Shown one piece after another: positions 26,366-40,976 of a DNA stretch of 64,000 nt. The position numbers and the translations under genes were made by a program. The notes under the pieces were generated by a model. It worked only from the letters and a program-made list of their open reading frames with translations, made no database searches and was not told the origin of the DNA. The DNA is from Vicugna vicugna (Eukaryota). The stretch is from contig MU057989.1 of the NCBI GenBank assembly GCA_013265495.1, forward strand, positions 759,513 to 823,512. The letters are read 5' to 3'. Position 1 is the stretch's first letter. Each line of letters begins with the position of its first letter.

Positions 26366-27679
26366 CTAACAGAAGAGAAAGGACGTAATTTTTAGCCTCA
26401 TTCACCCTCACTCCCCTATACTCCTAGTTTCTTGTCAAACCAAATTATTCAAAAGCACCCCCTTACCCTGCACCTAATGTTTTCAAGACTTGGCCCAAAT
26501 ATCCTCTCTTCTGTGAAACTTGAAAAACAGTCAACCACATGTTTCTATTCTCTGATACACCACATATGCCTCCAACGTTGCCCAGCATACTGCCTGGCAG
26601 CCATGTGTTCCCACTAACCTATGACCCAAAGGCAGGGTCATACCACCTTGGAAGTTCCAGAGGGCCTTCTAAATATATTTGCTGAATAAACTAAGTAATG
26701 AGCAAAAGTGAAAAATAAAACGTCTGCAGTCAGAGACTCTATCCCACAGAGATATTCTATGTGCAAGAAGCGCTAGGATGATGGTGACCTGAGGTCGGAG
26801 TCCTGGATGTGAAGCCAAGCACAGGCTGAAAACTGGACAATACCTTCCCAGGAAAAGAGAAAAAAAAAATACAGGAGAATTCTGAATTTTCTATATAGGT
26901 GAATTCTACTACAACCACATTCTCTTCCCCCCAATGCATAAGACATATTCTTGGCTAGATTCACCTGTCACTCAATCCATCCAAACAACCGTATATTCAC
27001 CCTTATACACACAGGTGACAATGTCAAAGGCATCTGCAATACAGAGAGCTTTCGAGAACAGATTTAGTGTCTCAGATTCAAGAAATGACTACTTGAACCA
27101 CTGTGACAAACTGCAGAAGGAGAAGATACAGATTATAAAGGGAAAGAGAGAAAGAACCAGAACAAACCTTGGCAGGAAACCAATGTATCTTCACAATGGA
27201 AATGACCCTACATGGTACAAAGAATGAATTACAAACACACATGAACAGAACATCTTAGAACATGAAAAAAAAAAAAGAGAAAAGAATCTTAACCTCTAGA
27301 GAAGGGGGAAAAAATAAGTCAGCTACAAAAAACACACAAGAATCAAATTGGTGTGACTGCTCACCTGTAAAGAAGATACTAGAAGAAACCACAGAGCAGT
27401 ATCACTCTTTGAAGGAAAATTATTTCAACCTGGAATGCAATAAAATACCCAGCCAAATGACTCCACAAGTATGGGCACAAAATAAAAATCTTTTTAGACA
27501 TGGTGGGGCTTAGAAAATTTACAACCAACTGACTTTTTCTGCAAAACTAACACAACGGTATACTCTGGTAAAACAGGAAATAAATCCAAAAAGGAAGGAA
27601 GACGTTGGATACAAGTAACAGTAATAAAACCTACAGTTGTCTTATCTGTTAATACACATTATTTTAAAAAATCATTGTA

Positions 27680-27815
27680 GGGGAGGAGGGTATAGCTCAA
27701 GTGATAGAGCACATGCTTCGCATTCATGAGGTCCTGGGTTCAATCCCCAGTACCTCCTCTAAAAATAAATAAACCTAATTACCCACACACACACACACAC
27801 AAAAAAAAAAAAACA
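27680..27815 (+). mobile_element. tRNA-derived SINE (Vic-1-like) with (CA)n and poly(A) tail
   Basis: gggtatagctcaagtgatagagc...ggttcaatccccagtacctcc...aaacctaattacc(ca)n(a)n. Confidence 0.82.
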
Positions 27816-28599
27816 AAAATAGAGACAACACCAAAATTTAAAACTCAGGTAACAGAAAAAAGTGTAAATGATATGAAGAGGAAATTCACAGAAGATATAC
27901 AGTCATTAAACAAATGAAAACATTCTTATCAGTATCCATGCAAATGTAAGTTAAACAAGATACAGTTTACAAACCACTGGTTTCAAAAAGATCTAATATC
28001 CAGTGTTGGAGAAGATGCCTTGATACAGGTAGTCTCATTCCCTGCTAAGGGGAATATAAATTGATAAAACCTTTTTGAACAATTTGGCAATATCAGCAAA
28101 CATTTCAAATACGCAAGACTATGAACCATCAATTTTAAAACTCTTAATTCTGTAATTCGAAAGAAATGCCATACCTGTACACAAAGATTAAACACTCATA
28201 CATTCTAGGCAGCATTGTCACGACGAAAAGAACAGAAATAATCTTTACCACTCCCTCAACAGGATAATGTTAAGTAAATGATACATCCATAACACAGGAC
28301 ACTACGCAGCCACTGTAAACAGTATGGAACCGGTCCATACTGACAAGAAAAGCTGTGTAAGCCATGCTGGAGCTTTAAACAACAACAACAACAACAAACT
28401 GCTGCACAATGTATATACGGTTTAGGCCTTTTTACGTAAAAATAGTTAGACAGGTCTATTTACGTATGTGTGTAACTGTGCAGAGCCTGGAAGAACATCA
28501 ACATGTTCACCCGTGGTTACTTCCCAGTGGGGAGTGAGAAAGCAGAGATTGCGGTCATTCTTTTCTTTCAACATTTATTTGAGCACCTACCGATTCCAG

Positions 28600-29560
28600 G
28601 CCTTGAGGACACGGCGGTCAATAACCCAGAGTCCACGGGCTGCATGAGGGCCCAGGTGCCGGGTCTCTGCTCGGCTCGCTGCCGCGTGCCATGCCAGGCC
28701 GAGTGGGCACTCAAGTTTGTGTCGAATGAACGAGTGACCAAGTGGCTTATGCATTATCCGTGTATAAATCAACTTGGGGGAGGAGAGGAATAAAAGCGCA
28801 ACTAAGGGACTTAAGTCATCATCCTGGTGGGGTCCGTTCCCAGCGCACACACACCCTTCGATTTCAACTCCTCGAAACTGCCTTCGGCTCCAGCAGCGAG
28901 GAGCCCGCAGCCTCTCTACTTCAACCCGGCCCCAGGAGCTGGTAGGGGAGAAGCCTTTGCTGCAGTCACGTGGGCCCGGACTCAACCCCGTCACCTACGG
29001 GAAAACCCCGGCGGCCCAGCCCTGGGTCGAGCCAGGTGACATCAAGACGCACAGAGCGCTCAGCGTTCGCCGCTCGCCGCGCGCTGGGCACATCAGTCTC
29101 ACAGAATCTCCCACACAGCGCCTCCCACGGAGGAGAAAATCGGCTCGGGACTCTTGGGAGCTCCGCGCGTCCCCATCCCTGCCCGCTTTCCACCCGCCCT
29201 GCCCGGCAGCTCTCACCTCCCCGGGAGGCCGCCAACGCCGGCGCCCGAAGGCAGCGGCCCCACAGCAGCAGCGCCCGCAGCTCCCGCGCCATGCCGGTTC
29301 TCCTCAGCGCCGGTCCGCTGCCTGCGCGGGCGAGTGGGCCGGGCTTCCGTGGCGCGGGCGCGGTCGGCCCGCGAGAGGACAGTCGGGCCTGGAGGCGGGA
29401 CCTCCGCGACCTTGTATCGCGTTGTCAAGGGCGACGGGCAGTGAGTGCTGGGTCGCCCTGGGCACCTGTCCACCAGCTGGGCCTCAGTTTGTGCGTCCCA
29501 GAAACGGGCAGATGTTCCAGTCCACAGCAGAGGGTGTGAAAAGGCGGCGCCCAGGCAGAA
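28600..29560. promoter_or_regulatory. CpG island / TRAP1 promoter
   Basis: Dense CpG and high GC around TRAP1 exon 1; GC-box-like gcgcgggcg and gaggcggga upstream of the ATG; no obvious TATA box. Confidence 0.85.
29217..29292 (-). CDS. TRAP1: TRAP1 exon 1 coding part (mitochondrial targeting presequence)
   Basis: ATG at 29292 (ggcATGG); encodes MARELRALLLWGRCLRAPALAASRG(G); donor GGAG|gtgaga; 76 nt, phase 1, matching exon 2. Confidence 0.96.
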
Positions 29561-31084
29561 GCAGTTAATACCTCTGGGATCCTTTATAAGACCTGGCCAC
29601 CCGTCCAGACCGCTGGAAGTCAGTCTGTTCCAACCAACGCAGGCCAAATAGCTAAAAAGCAAAAGGGAGACTTTCATGCTTGACTTGGCTACACCAAAAC
29701 TCGAGAGCCAACGCCCACCAGCAAACTGGCCTTATTCATTCATTCCAATTCTCTCGCCCTCCTGGAGGTAGGAGTCTCGTCGGGGATTGCGACCTTGAAT
29801 TCCCTTTCTTACGAGAGTTTCAAACCATGTAACATGCAGATTCTCCAGCACTGCCTGAAGTGGGGTTCAGGCGGCTCCCCAGATGATAATGAGGCACACT
29901 GAAGACTCGCTGCCACGATCAAATAATTGCACAAAAACAGGTTGAGATTGTGACAGGATCTGCAAAGTACAGAAGCCAGGGGAGTGTCCCCCCCGTGGGA
30001 CCTGGACCTAGCCAGGGCCACAGGAGGGGGTGTGTCCAGGAACACTTCCAGGTAGAAGATGTCAAGGGTGGTCCACAAGTTCCAGGCTTAAGCAACAGAG
30101 GAGGGGAACATGAAAGAGGTGGGCAGATTTGGATGGAAGAGCAGGAGCTCTCTCAGCTGGGAGACTCCAGCTGCCTCCTGACACCCCACCCCGCACCCTC
30201 CAACACACACCCCATTCTCTACACAGCAGCTGGATCATACACTCCTCAATCAGGGTCTTCCAGTGGTTTCCCAGCAGATAATCAATTCCAAATCCCTTAT
30301 GCCTTGGCCTCCAAGCCCTGCATAACCAATCCCTGCCTCTCTCCCTCCTTCTCTACAATCCAGACACTGAGCCAGTCCCAGACATAGCATTCCATTCCCA
30401 GGATGTCACTGAATTGAGGTGTCTCACCGTCACATTTCATTTGTTCACTCCACTCAGGAAATCATCTGTTTTGTAAGAGCTGACACAGTGGTCTATGGGG
30501 CAATAGATCTAGCTTGGGGAGCCCTTTTATTTCAGGAAGTGGAAGTGGTATTTGGCAAAGGAAGGAAGGAAACCTAGGCTTTAGTTAAGGATGGTGGGGG
30601 GGCCTCTGCTGAGACAGGCAGGACCCAGGCTCTGTGGAGGGCAAACCTATCAGGTTCCAGACACACCTACCTGGGCCTTCTGTCCTCTCTTGGCCTGTGG
30701 CCTTCAGAGACATACCCTCAGCCACAGATCTTTGTGATACTGGGTCCTCTGGTAGCGCAGGGAACTGTGGCCTTTTAAGGTGCCCAGGGATCCAGGCCAG
30801 TCTAAGGGGGTCATGAGCAGCTTTCAGCCCCTTTGCAGACAAGGAAAATAGAAGAGGGAAAAAATGATTAGATGCAGATGTGCTTGAGCAGAATTGATGG
30901 AGACTGGCAAGGAGTTGCTTGGAGAGAGCAAGAGAGAGAAACAGGACAGGAGAGAAGGAGGAGACACCCCCCTCCCTGGGTCTCCAGACCACCTCTGTGG
31001 CCACTCTGAGGTTGTCCATTCCTTCTGCAGAAGTCACTGCCGTCCCCTGGGGTGAGCTGAGGGCTGTGTAAAATGCCCACTACA

Positions 31085-31559
31085 CTATTCACAACAGCCA
31101 GAAGGTAGAAGCAACCCAAGTGTCCACTGATGGATGAATAAAGAAACATAATGTGGTATATACGTACAATGGAATATTATTCAGACTTACAAAGGAAGGA
31201 GATTCTGACACATGCTACAACATGGATGAAACTTGAGGACATTATGCTATGTAAATGCTAAGTGAAGCCAGTCATGAAAAGACAAAATACTATATGATTC
31301 TGCTAACAAGAGGTAGTTAGAGTAGTCAAGTTCATAGAGACAGAAAATAGAACGGTGGCTCCCAGGGGCTGGGGGAGGGGGACTGGGGAGTTAGTGTTTA
31401 ATGGGGACAGAGTTTCAGTTTTGCAAAATGAATAGAGTTCTGGAGAGGATGGTGGTGATGGTTGCAAAACAATATGAGTGTATTTGATACCACTGAACTG
31501 TACACTTAAAAATGATTGATAGTAAGTGTGATGTATTTTTTGCCACAATTAAAAAAAAA
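31085..31559 (+). mobile_element. L1MB-like 3' end
   Basis: aacccaagtgtccactgatggatgaat, ggagattctgacacatgctacaacatggatgaa, cactgaactgtacacttaaaa and an A tail. Confidence 0.85.
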
Positions 31560-33799
31560 TGCCTACTGCAAAGAAAACCCCAATGTGACTAACTCCCTTT
31601 TTCTTCATTTCTTTGTTCAAAGTACTAACTCCTGGGTGAGTTTCTCCCTTCATCAAGCAACATCCTGAGTGTTCCCTAGGAAGAGAGGCTCATGGCTCTA
31701 GGATACTTCTTGGCCTGGAGAGGAGCAGCTGCAGCTTGGCGGCCTTTGACCAAAGCCTGAGACGCAGTACCTCTCCCTGGGTTTCTGAAGCATCGAAACG
31801 TTCAAATTCAGAGAAGTACAAATGGCCTGCTGGTACCTCACAGGGTTTTTTTGCATTTCTTAAAGTCCTTTTCATCCTTTGCAGTACTTTGATGCCAACT
31901 CAGAGTGAGTTGGAACTCAGAAAACTTGTATTTTGCTGATTTGCTTGACAACTAGCTCAGTGTGTTTGACAAATGTCAATCCTGCCAACTTCAGAGACCT
32001 GCCCAAGGCAGCGCGGCTCCATCTGACCCCTGCTGGCACACATGCTGAGGCTGGGACTGGGCCAGAAGCAAGACCTATGGCCCTTCGTGGAGGCAGGTGC
32101 AGCCACTTAGCAGGACCTGGCCTGGAACTTACTAGATGGCTCTGAGGCTTTTTCTCTAAATGGCTTGTTCTTCTTTGCCAGTGGCCACTTTTAATTCTAC
32201 CATCAAGTTCACTGGGAATGTCTCAGGCTGATTCCGCAGGACCCCCACCCCCACCCCAGTCTGAGGGGTGAATAGACCTGAGGTCTTCTCCATTTTCATT
32301 CCCTACAGCATCAGCAGTCATTCCAGGCCCCTCTAGGGGCTCCCTGGTCACCCACTAGCTGGGTGGCCTTTGGCAATCCCTTCTCCTGTGGGGTCCTTCC
32401 CCTGTGATGGCTGCCTGTGCTCCCTACAGGAGGGGCAGGAGGGGCCATCCTGCTGGGCTCCCAGCCTCCCTGTCCCATGTGACCAACATAAGACAGTTAG
32501 CTGTGCCTGGATAACCACGAAATATCACTGGAGGGGCCTTGCCTGAGTGAGTGTGGCTCTGGGGAAGGCAGGTAGAGGAGGCAGCAACTCTGCCCCCAGC
32601 ATTTCTGCCACTGAGGGGACACCACCGGGTGAACTAGCCTTGAGGGCATGTTTTGAAAGGTGCATTTTTGTCCTGGCAAAGAACTCAAATCAAAATTTTT
32701 CCCAGCTTGTGGATGACATCCATTTTAAGAATAAAAAGTGTCTACCAGCCCTCAAGTCCACTGCATCTATTGCTTATGAGAAAGAGGACAAGTGAGAATT
32801 CGTTTGGTCTGAGAGACTGAGGGGTGAGAAAGCCACACTGTTCCCCGCGTGCTTCCACCATGTGCCCGTGTGAGCCTGGGCCAAGCCGGTGCTTCATACT
32901 TCCTGGAGCTGCAGTTCTCACCTGATGCTTGGAGGGAGCAGAGAGGCTGTGTGGGAGACTCTGCCTGCTCGAAGGCCTCTTTCCCTGCTTGACATGGCTT
33001 CCTGGTGGCCGCAAGGCCCCCTCCTTCAGTGTCTGCTCCATGCCGGCAAAGCCCTGCCTCCCTGAAGGACTGGCCCTTAGCCTGGGCACTTGGGCCTCTG
33101 CTCCATACAGAGCCCTGCCCAGCTGGTGTCCTGAGCAACACCTGGTGTCAGGCCTCAGCCAGGGGGCAGATTTTGTCACGTTCTCCTCCAGAGACTGTGT
33201 CTCCCCAGGTGTGAAGAGGGTCCCCTCAGCCAGGATTCTCTGGTCCAGCTGGGTATGGAGGACAGGTGGAAATGCAGACTGTTGGGTATCTTCCCTCACT
33301 CCTCGGGCGGAGGGGACCATGGTCCAGCAGCAGCCCCTGGCCTCTTCCGAGTGGCGGGTGCCGTGCCTACAGTTCAGCAAACAGGAGGGATGGACAGACC
33401 CTAGCGCTGACTCCACTGGGAGCCCAAGAACAGGCAACAGCGTGTTTACAGGGCCTGGAGACAGGCTAGGGGCAAGGCACCCCTCCTGCTTCTTGGGAGA
33501 AGCAAGCATGATGTGACTCCCTTCTTTGTTCTCTTCACAATCTGCATTTTAACCAATGCGCTTCACAGCCAGGACGTCTCCCTGCACCAAACAAAACGGT
33601 TGGGATGCCCTTTCCAGGTAACTCAGGGCTTTAAGCCCGCTGGGGCTGCTCAGGGCCCAGTTTCTGCCCCAGCTCCTGTCCTGTCCAGACCTCAGGTGAG
33701 AACCACTTGCTCCAGCCCACTCTCCCCACACCCATGTCTGATCATGAACATTAAAACTAAGGCAGTTTCCAAGCTGAGAGGGTTGTTCTTGGTCCCGTA

Positions 33800-33961
33800 C
33801 AGCCTGGCTACTCCATGCATGAGGGCCGGCGGCAGCAGCCTCCCTGGAAGCTTGTTAGAAACGTGCAATCTCAGCACGCGGCCCTCAGTTTTACAGAATC
33901 AGGATTTTAGCAGGATCCCAGCCAATCAATCCACGTGCACATTAAGCTTGAGAAATACTGT
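33800..33961. mobile_element. MER5A-like hAT MITE
   Basis: cagcagcctccctggaagcttgttagaaacgtgcaatctcag ... tgcacattaagcttgagaaatactg. Confidence 0.65.
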
Positions 33962-36222
33962 CCCAGGGAACACAGGGCAGTCGAAGAAATCGTGTGCTTC
34001 CTGAACCCTTGGCCCTAATGGAGACTATTCGTTTCCAGCACAGACTGGCTGCAGTGCCCTAGCTGAGCCGAAGTACCTTCCTCTGAGACTTGTCTCTGTC
34101 AACTGAGTTCCCCAAGGGCTGTATGTCACTGCCTAGGATCTGCTCAAGATAGACTTGTGCAGTGAACAAACGTGGCACTCATTTGAACATCAGCTGGAAG
34201 CAGCAGATCCTGAAGCTGCTCATTATAGAGGGAAAGGGGCCCCAGCTCAAGTGTCACTTGCATCCTTCCTGCCCGCTTCCCACACGAGGACCCCTTCTCT
34301 TCACCCAGGAGACCAAAGTTCAGAACTCGAGTGTCCAGAGGGTGGGCAACAGTGAGAAGCAGCCTCCCAGGGAGCCCGGGGAGTCCCCTGTGCCCCTCCC
34401 GCGGAGGCCTCCAGCTCACTGGTGACCCCAATTCTGGCTGCTGAACACCTGTCAGCTCTGAATGCTTCCAGCATGGACGCCCGGCCCCCTCACCTTCCTC
34501 TTCCTTCCTCTATATTTCCTGGCTTTGGGAGCACGGCTGCAATGTGAGCGTCTGGTCCCCAAGACTCTCCCTCTTTCAGCAGACACCCCTCCCTGTGCAA
34601 CAGCACGTGAAGCAACCTTCCCTCTCCTGAGGGCCCCGAACCTGTGCCCAGATGTGAGGAGCCCCGGGTCGGGTGAGAAGACAAGGAGGGATCCAGGCAC
34701 ACACCCCTCACCATCCTTTCCAAGAATGTCCTCTCTGGACATTTTCCTGAAGGGCGTGTGGATGCAGGACCCTCACTCTCACCTGGAACGTTTTCTAAAC
34801 ATCACCACCTCGCCGGAGGATCCTTATCACCGATTCGCCCAAATATAATCAGTACAACAAAGTCGGTAAGAGGCTTCCTGGTTGCTCGCCTGGGACCCAC
34901 GATCAGCTGATGAACCCCATTTCCATCACTAAGCCCTCTCTAGGTGTTGGGCGGGAGGTGGGTTAGGGTCCTCTACACCCAGAGCTTGAAGCTGTGGACA
35001 CCAGGGTTGTCTGACTCTGCCAACATTTCTTTTCCTCTGATGCTGAAGTGAGCCGGGGAACTGGACACAGGCGGGCTGAGTCCCAAACAGTCCTTTAAAG
35101 GACCTGGTTACCGCATACTACCGTCTTGGATGTTGGAGGGGCTGCAATGTACCGCCATGCCCCCACTTCCCCAAGGCACCCCAAAGTGGGTGAGCCTGTG
35201 GAACAAGGAGGGGAGATAGGCACGAAGGATAGCTATCAAGGCTGGGAGGAAAAGCTCTTTCCAAACACAAGGGTAGCTTGGCTCAGGGTCTGCCCTTGGT
35301 GCTCATGAGTTCAGGCAAATCTCTGCCTCCGCTTTCCCACCACATTGCTGGGCATGCTTTCGAACAGCACTTGTGATCTGGTATCACATTTGACGAGGGC
35401 CCGGGGCCCGGGGCCATTACTCCCGCACCCTCACCCCAAGAGGCCTCAGGCACGCACTTTCTATAATCTGGTCTCTCACTCTCCAGTCTCTCTCTAATCC
35501 CCTTACATCTATACCACCTCTTTAATCAAGGTGTTCTAAGCTGTCAGCACCCTTTGAATTTTTCAGTTTACTGGAAGCTCCATTTGCATCCTCATCTTTT
35601 TGAAGTCCCTCAGTCTTGTCTGTCTTTGTCAGCCTAAGGGCTACATCCACTTAACGATTAGTATCTTGCAACTGACCCGTTTCCCTACTCTCGACTTTGC
35701 ACAATGAACTTCTGAGTAACGCAGTGCAGTGAACGCGGGGAACCCGGGGAAGGTGCATGTGGCTTTAGGACCCCATGTGGACTCCATCCCCTTTGTCCTG
35801 CACATCTCCTTGCTAAGGTGGCACCGCTAGGGCGTCTGCACCCCAGCACTGCCCTTGGGTGATGTCCTCCCTGGCTACCCCCTCGCTGCACCCAACACTC
35901 AGCTCCTTTCCTTCTTCACAGTAGCTTATTTTCCCATGCAGCTCTAAAAGCACATTTTGGTTCAAATGAAATCTTTGGTTCCACTTTATAGCAATCAAAA
36001 GGTTAGGAGTCTTCAGCCTGAGATCTTAGCAGCCTCTTCATCTCATGTTACCCAGCTGTTGCAGTCCACTTTTTTTTAAAACATGCTAAATGCTCAAATA
36101 CATAAAGACACACACTAGACAGAATCAACTGAGCCCCTTCATCTTACAACTGTTTGCTAGGCTAATGCCAAGGGTTGTTAGCCAACTGGAACCATCTCTG
36201 AATCCAAGCAGTTTTACCAGCT

Positions 36223-36228
36223 TTTATT
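36223..36228 (-). terminator. Distal polyadenylation signal AATAAA
   Basis: tttatt on the plus strand; the distance from the stop is similar to my recollection of the human 3'UTR length. Confidence 0.65.
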
Positions 36229-37863
36229 ATAAACACCAGCACATTCAAAGTTTCCTCGTTTTGATCACAAATATAGGACTTTTTCCTTCTCCTCTTAAGT
36301 AGACTGTGTGTGAGACACCGTGTTGGGGCTTTCCAGCTCTCACAGAAACTTCTTTCCGCCAAGTGCCAGGTTAGCATCCAGGCCACACCCTCTGGCATCT
36401 GGATTGCATGGGACTCCAAGAGGATGAAGTTGGTACGCAGAGATTTGGATTCCAGGATAACCTGAAAGAGACTCCCCACTGGCTGGGTTAAAGGGCTGCC
36501 TGTCTGGAGGCTGGACTGCATCTGCTTCTCCGGGCCCCAGATGGCCCACACTCCTGGTCTGAACACGGGCTCAGCTCAGAGCTTTCCTCTCAGTGCAAAA
36601 GGCGACTGGGAAGAGGGTCAGGGATGTGAGACTTGAGCACATTGAGCAAGGATGGTGTGTGGCCGAGTAGGGCACAGCCCTGCTTCCCTCTTGGGGATGG
36701 TCTTAGGGATGCGGATTGGCTGGTGGTCTTAGTCTTACCTGGCTTAACCTATATTAGAACATTTGAAGCTCTGTTAAAACCAATTTCTGAGAACTTTTCA
36801 TCAAATTTAGACTCCCAAGTATTTTGAAAATATCTCTGGGAACATGGAGCCAAAAGGAAAGCTATTTGGGTCATGATTTCTAAGTTTAACACCTCAACCC
36901 CTCGACTTAGACCACACTCTGGTTTGGGGAGCAAGGAAGTAGGACCGGACTTGACCCGCCTGTGCCTGGGAAGGGGTGTGCAGACTAGGAAATTCGCTTC
37001 GGCTCTTGTGGCGGTGACGCTCCTCTCAGATGTGATTCTTGTAGCATTCAGGACCTCGAATGTCACCCCCTCAGTAAGGGCCTCTGGAACTAGACCCAGA
37101 GAGGAGGGGTGGCGCCAGGCGGCCAAGTGAACAAGTGTTGCTCGAAGCTGGAGGCCTGTTCTCATCACAGCAGGGTCTTTTGTCCTGGCGGCCAGGACTC
37201 CACATCGTCCCCCTGGCGGCCTCCAGGGAAGCACCTCGCTGTTTGTAGAATGGAGCGGAGAAGGAAGGACCAGAGGCTGTGGCGGCATCCTCCCCTACTG
37301 AGCCAGGATTGGGGGTAGGCCAGGAAGCACCTCCTGTCCCCGGAGCACCCTTTGCAGCAATTCCGGGGTTGGTATATAGGCTGCGGGTGGGCAGGGGTGG
37401 CTAAGACGGGGAGTGGATGGGAGACAAAGGGCTGTTTCAGGCCCACCTGTGTCCCTGACTCTGGGTGGGCTTCTCCCATGAGCAGTGAACCAGGACCTCC
37501 CAGGCCTCGGCTGAGCCTGGCTGCCACCCCCACAGCCATCAGGACCGCGGCCCCCACTTCTCCTCTATGAGCAAACAAGCAGAATCATGTCTTACAAAGA
37601 ACAGACTCCAAAAATATATATAAATAAATAAAAACCTTAGACATTCTTACAGGGATCTTAAAGAACAGAATACATGTTAAAAACTTCAGTAATTTATATC
37701 AATTTTAAGCGATACTTTATATACAATGGGAGAAAAAAAAAACACATGCATAGTCCAAATACAATGTTGAAAACAGCATTTTCATAACAAAAGACCCCGA
37801 ACACGAAGTGTTAATACCATGTACATGAATTCAAGGACCACCCTTTTTGTCTGTTGCACACAG

Positions 37864-37869
37864 TTTATT
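37864..37869 (-). terminator. Proximal polyadenylation signal AATAAA
   Basis: tttatt on the plus strand about 900 nt after the stop, followed on the mRNA strand by U/GU-rich sequence (gtcttttgttatg, tgttttc). Confidence 0.5.
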
Positions 37870-38554
37870 TAACAATATGATATAAGAAATGAGTTGGTAC
37901 TTTACCATTCTATACAGTGATTGAATCTTCTTGAATTTTCTTATTTATAGTAATTATAGCGCTTGCATGATTTACACTAGAATTGCTTTTCCTCATTTCA
38001 AGTTTCACATAGAAGAAAGAAAAGGATGCTTCTTCTCTATTAACATCAGCATGGTCTAAGAGAGTGATCATCCCTATTTTTGTCTAAAACCAGTTTTATC
38101 AGAGAAACAAAGCAACAATTTCTACATCTGCAAGACAAGAGTTTGGCTTAAGCCAGTATGTATAGATAGATGTGTGTGGGTGTGTGTGTGTGCACGCAGG
38201 AGCCAATTCCTATCGTCCAGGGTTAATACTTGGAGAACGCCCACAGAGTTCACTATAGAAAAAAATCTTCCCGCAACATCAGAAAGTTACCGGGATACAT
38301 TATAAGCTTGCATTATTTCAGGAATCAGTTTCTGAATATTATTTTTCTTCTCACTTTTAAACATAAATGTTTAAAGTCTTGAAAATACAAATAAAAAATA
38401 TGAATATAATGAACTTGTTTTTCCCGTTAAAAAAAGGCATGAGTCACCAGCAATGACGACAAAAAGAATCCAAACAAAACCCCCCTCCCCCCAAAACGAA
38501 ACCAAAACCAAAAAAAAAAAACAAAAAACAAAAAAAACAAAACCAAAAACAAAA

Positions 38555-38575
38555 AGAGAGAGAGAGAGAGAGAGA
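38555..38575. repeat. (GA)n microsatellite next to A-rich tracts in the 3'UTR
   Basis: agagagagagagagagagaga visible directly. Confidence 0.9.
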
Positions 38576-38768
38576 CCAGATATTTAAATCAACTGGTTTT
38601 TAACAAAAAAATATATTCTTTGTATTGTTTCTTTAAACAGCAATCTACCCTTCCACGGCTTGGAAGTAGCAGTTCCATCTAGGAATAAAAAGAGCCTAGA
38701 TGCCTGGATTTCAGTACAAAAGGTCCAAGAACATGAAAGGGAAAAAAAAAAATGATGCTCTCACAATG

Positions 38769-40976
<2,208 letters not shown>

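Larger units (their letters stand above)
36205..38768 (-). other. CREBBP: CREBBP 3'UTR (long form, about 2.55 kb)
   Basis: Follows the TAG at 38769; U-rich tracts on the mRNA strand; no interspersed repeats; ends near AATAAA at 36223-36228. The cleavage site is inferred. Confidence 0.7.

Noticed and set aside
28555..28740. Two oppositely oriented L2-like 3' ends that might form a miRNA hairpin
   Set aside because: Complementarity between the arms is too poor to support a precursor stem.
28774..29568. 264-aa plus-strand ORF and overlapping ORFs across TRAP1 exon 1
   Set aside because: Stop-poor CpG island sequence; Pro/Arg/Ala-rich translation with no recognisable domain.
32742..33516. 255-aa and 195-aa intergenic ORFs on opposite strands
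   Set aside because: GC-rich region, no recognisable motif and no supporting splice structure or promoter; consistent with chance.
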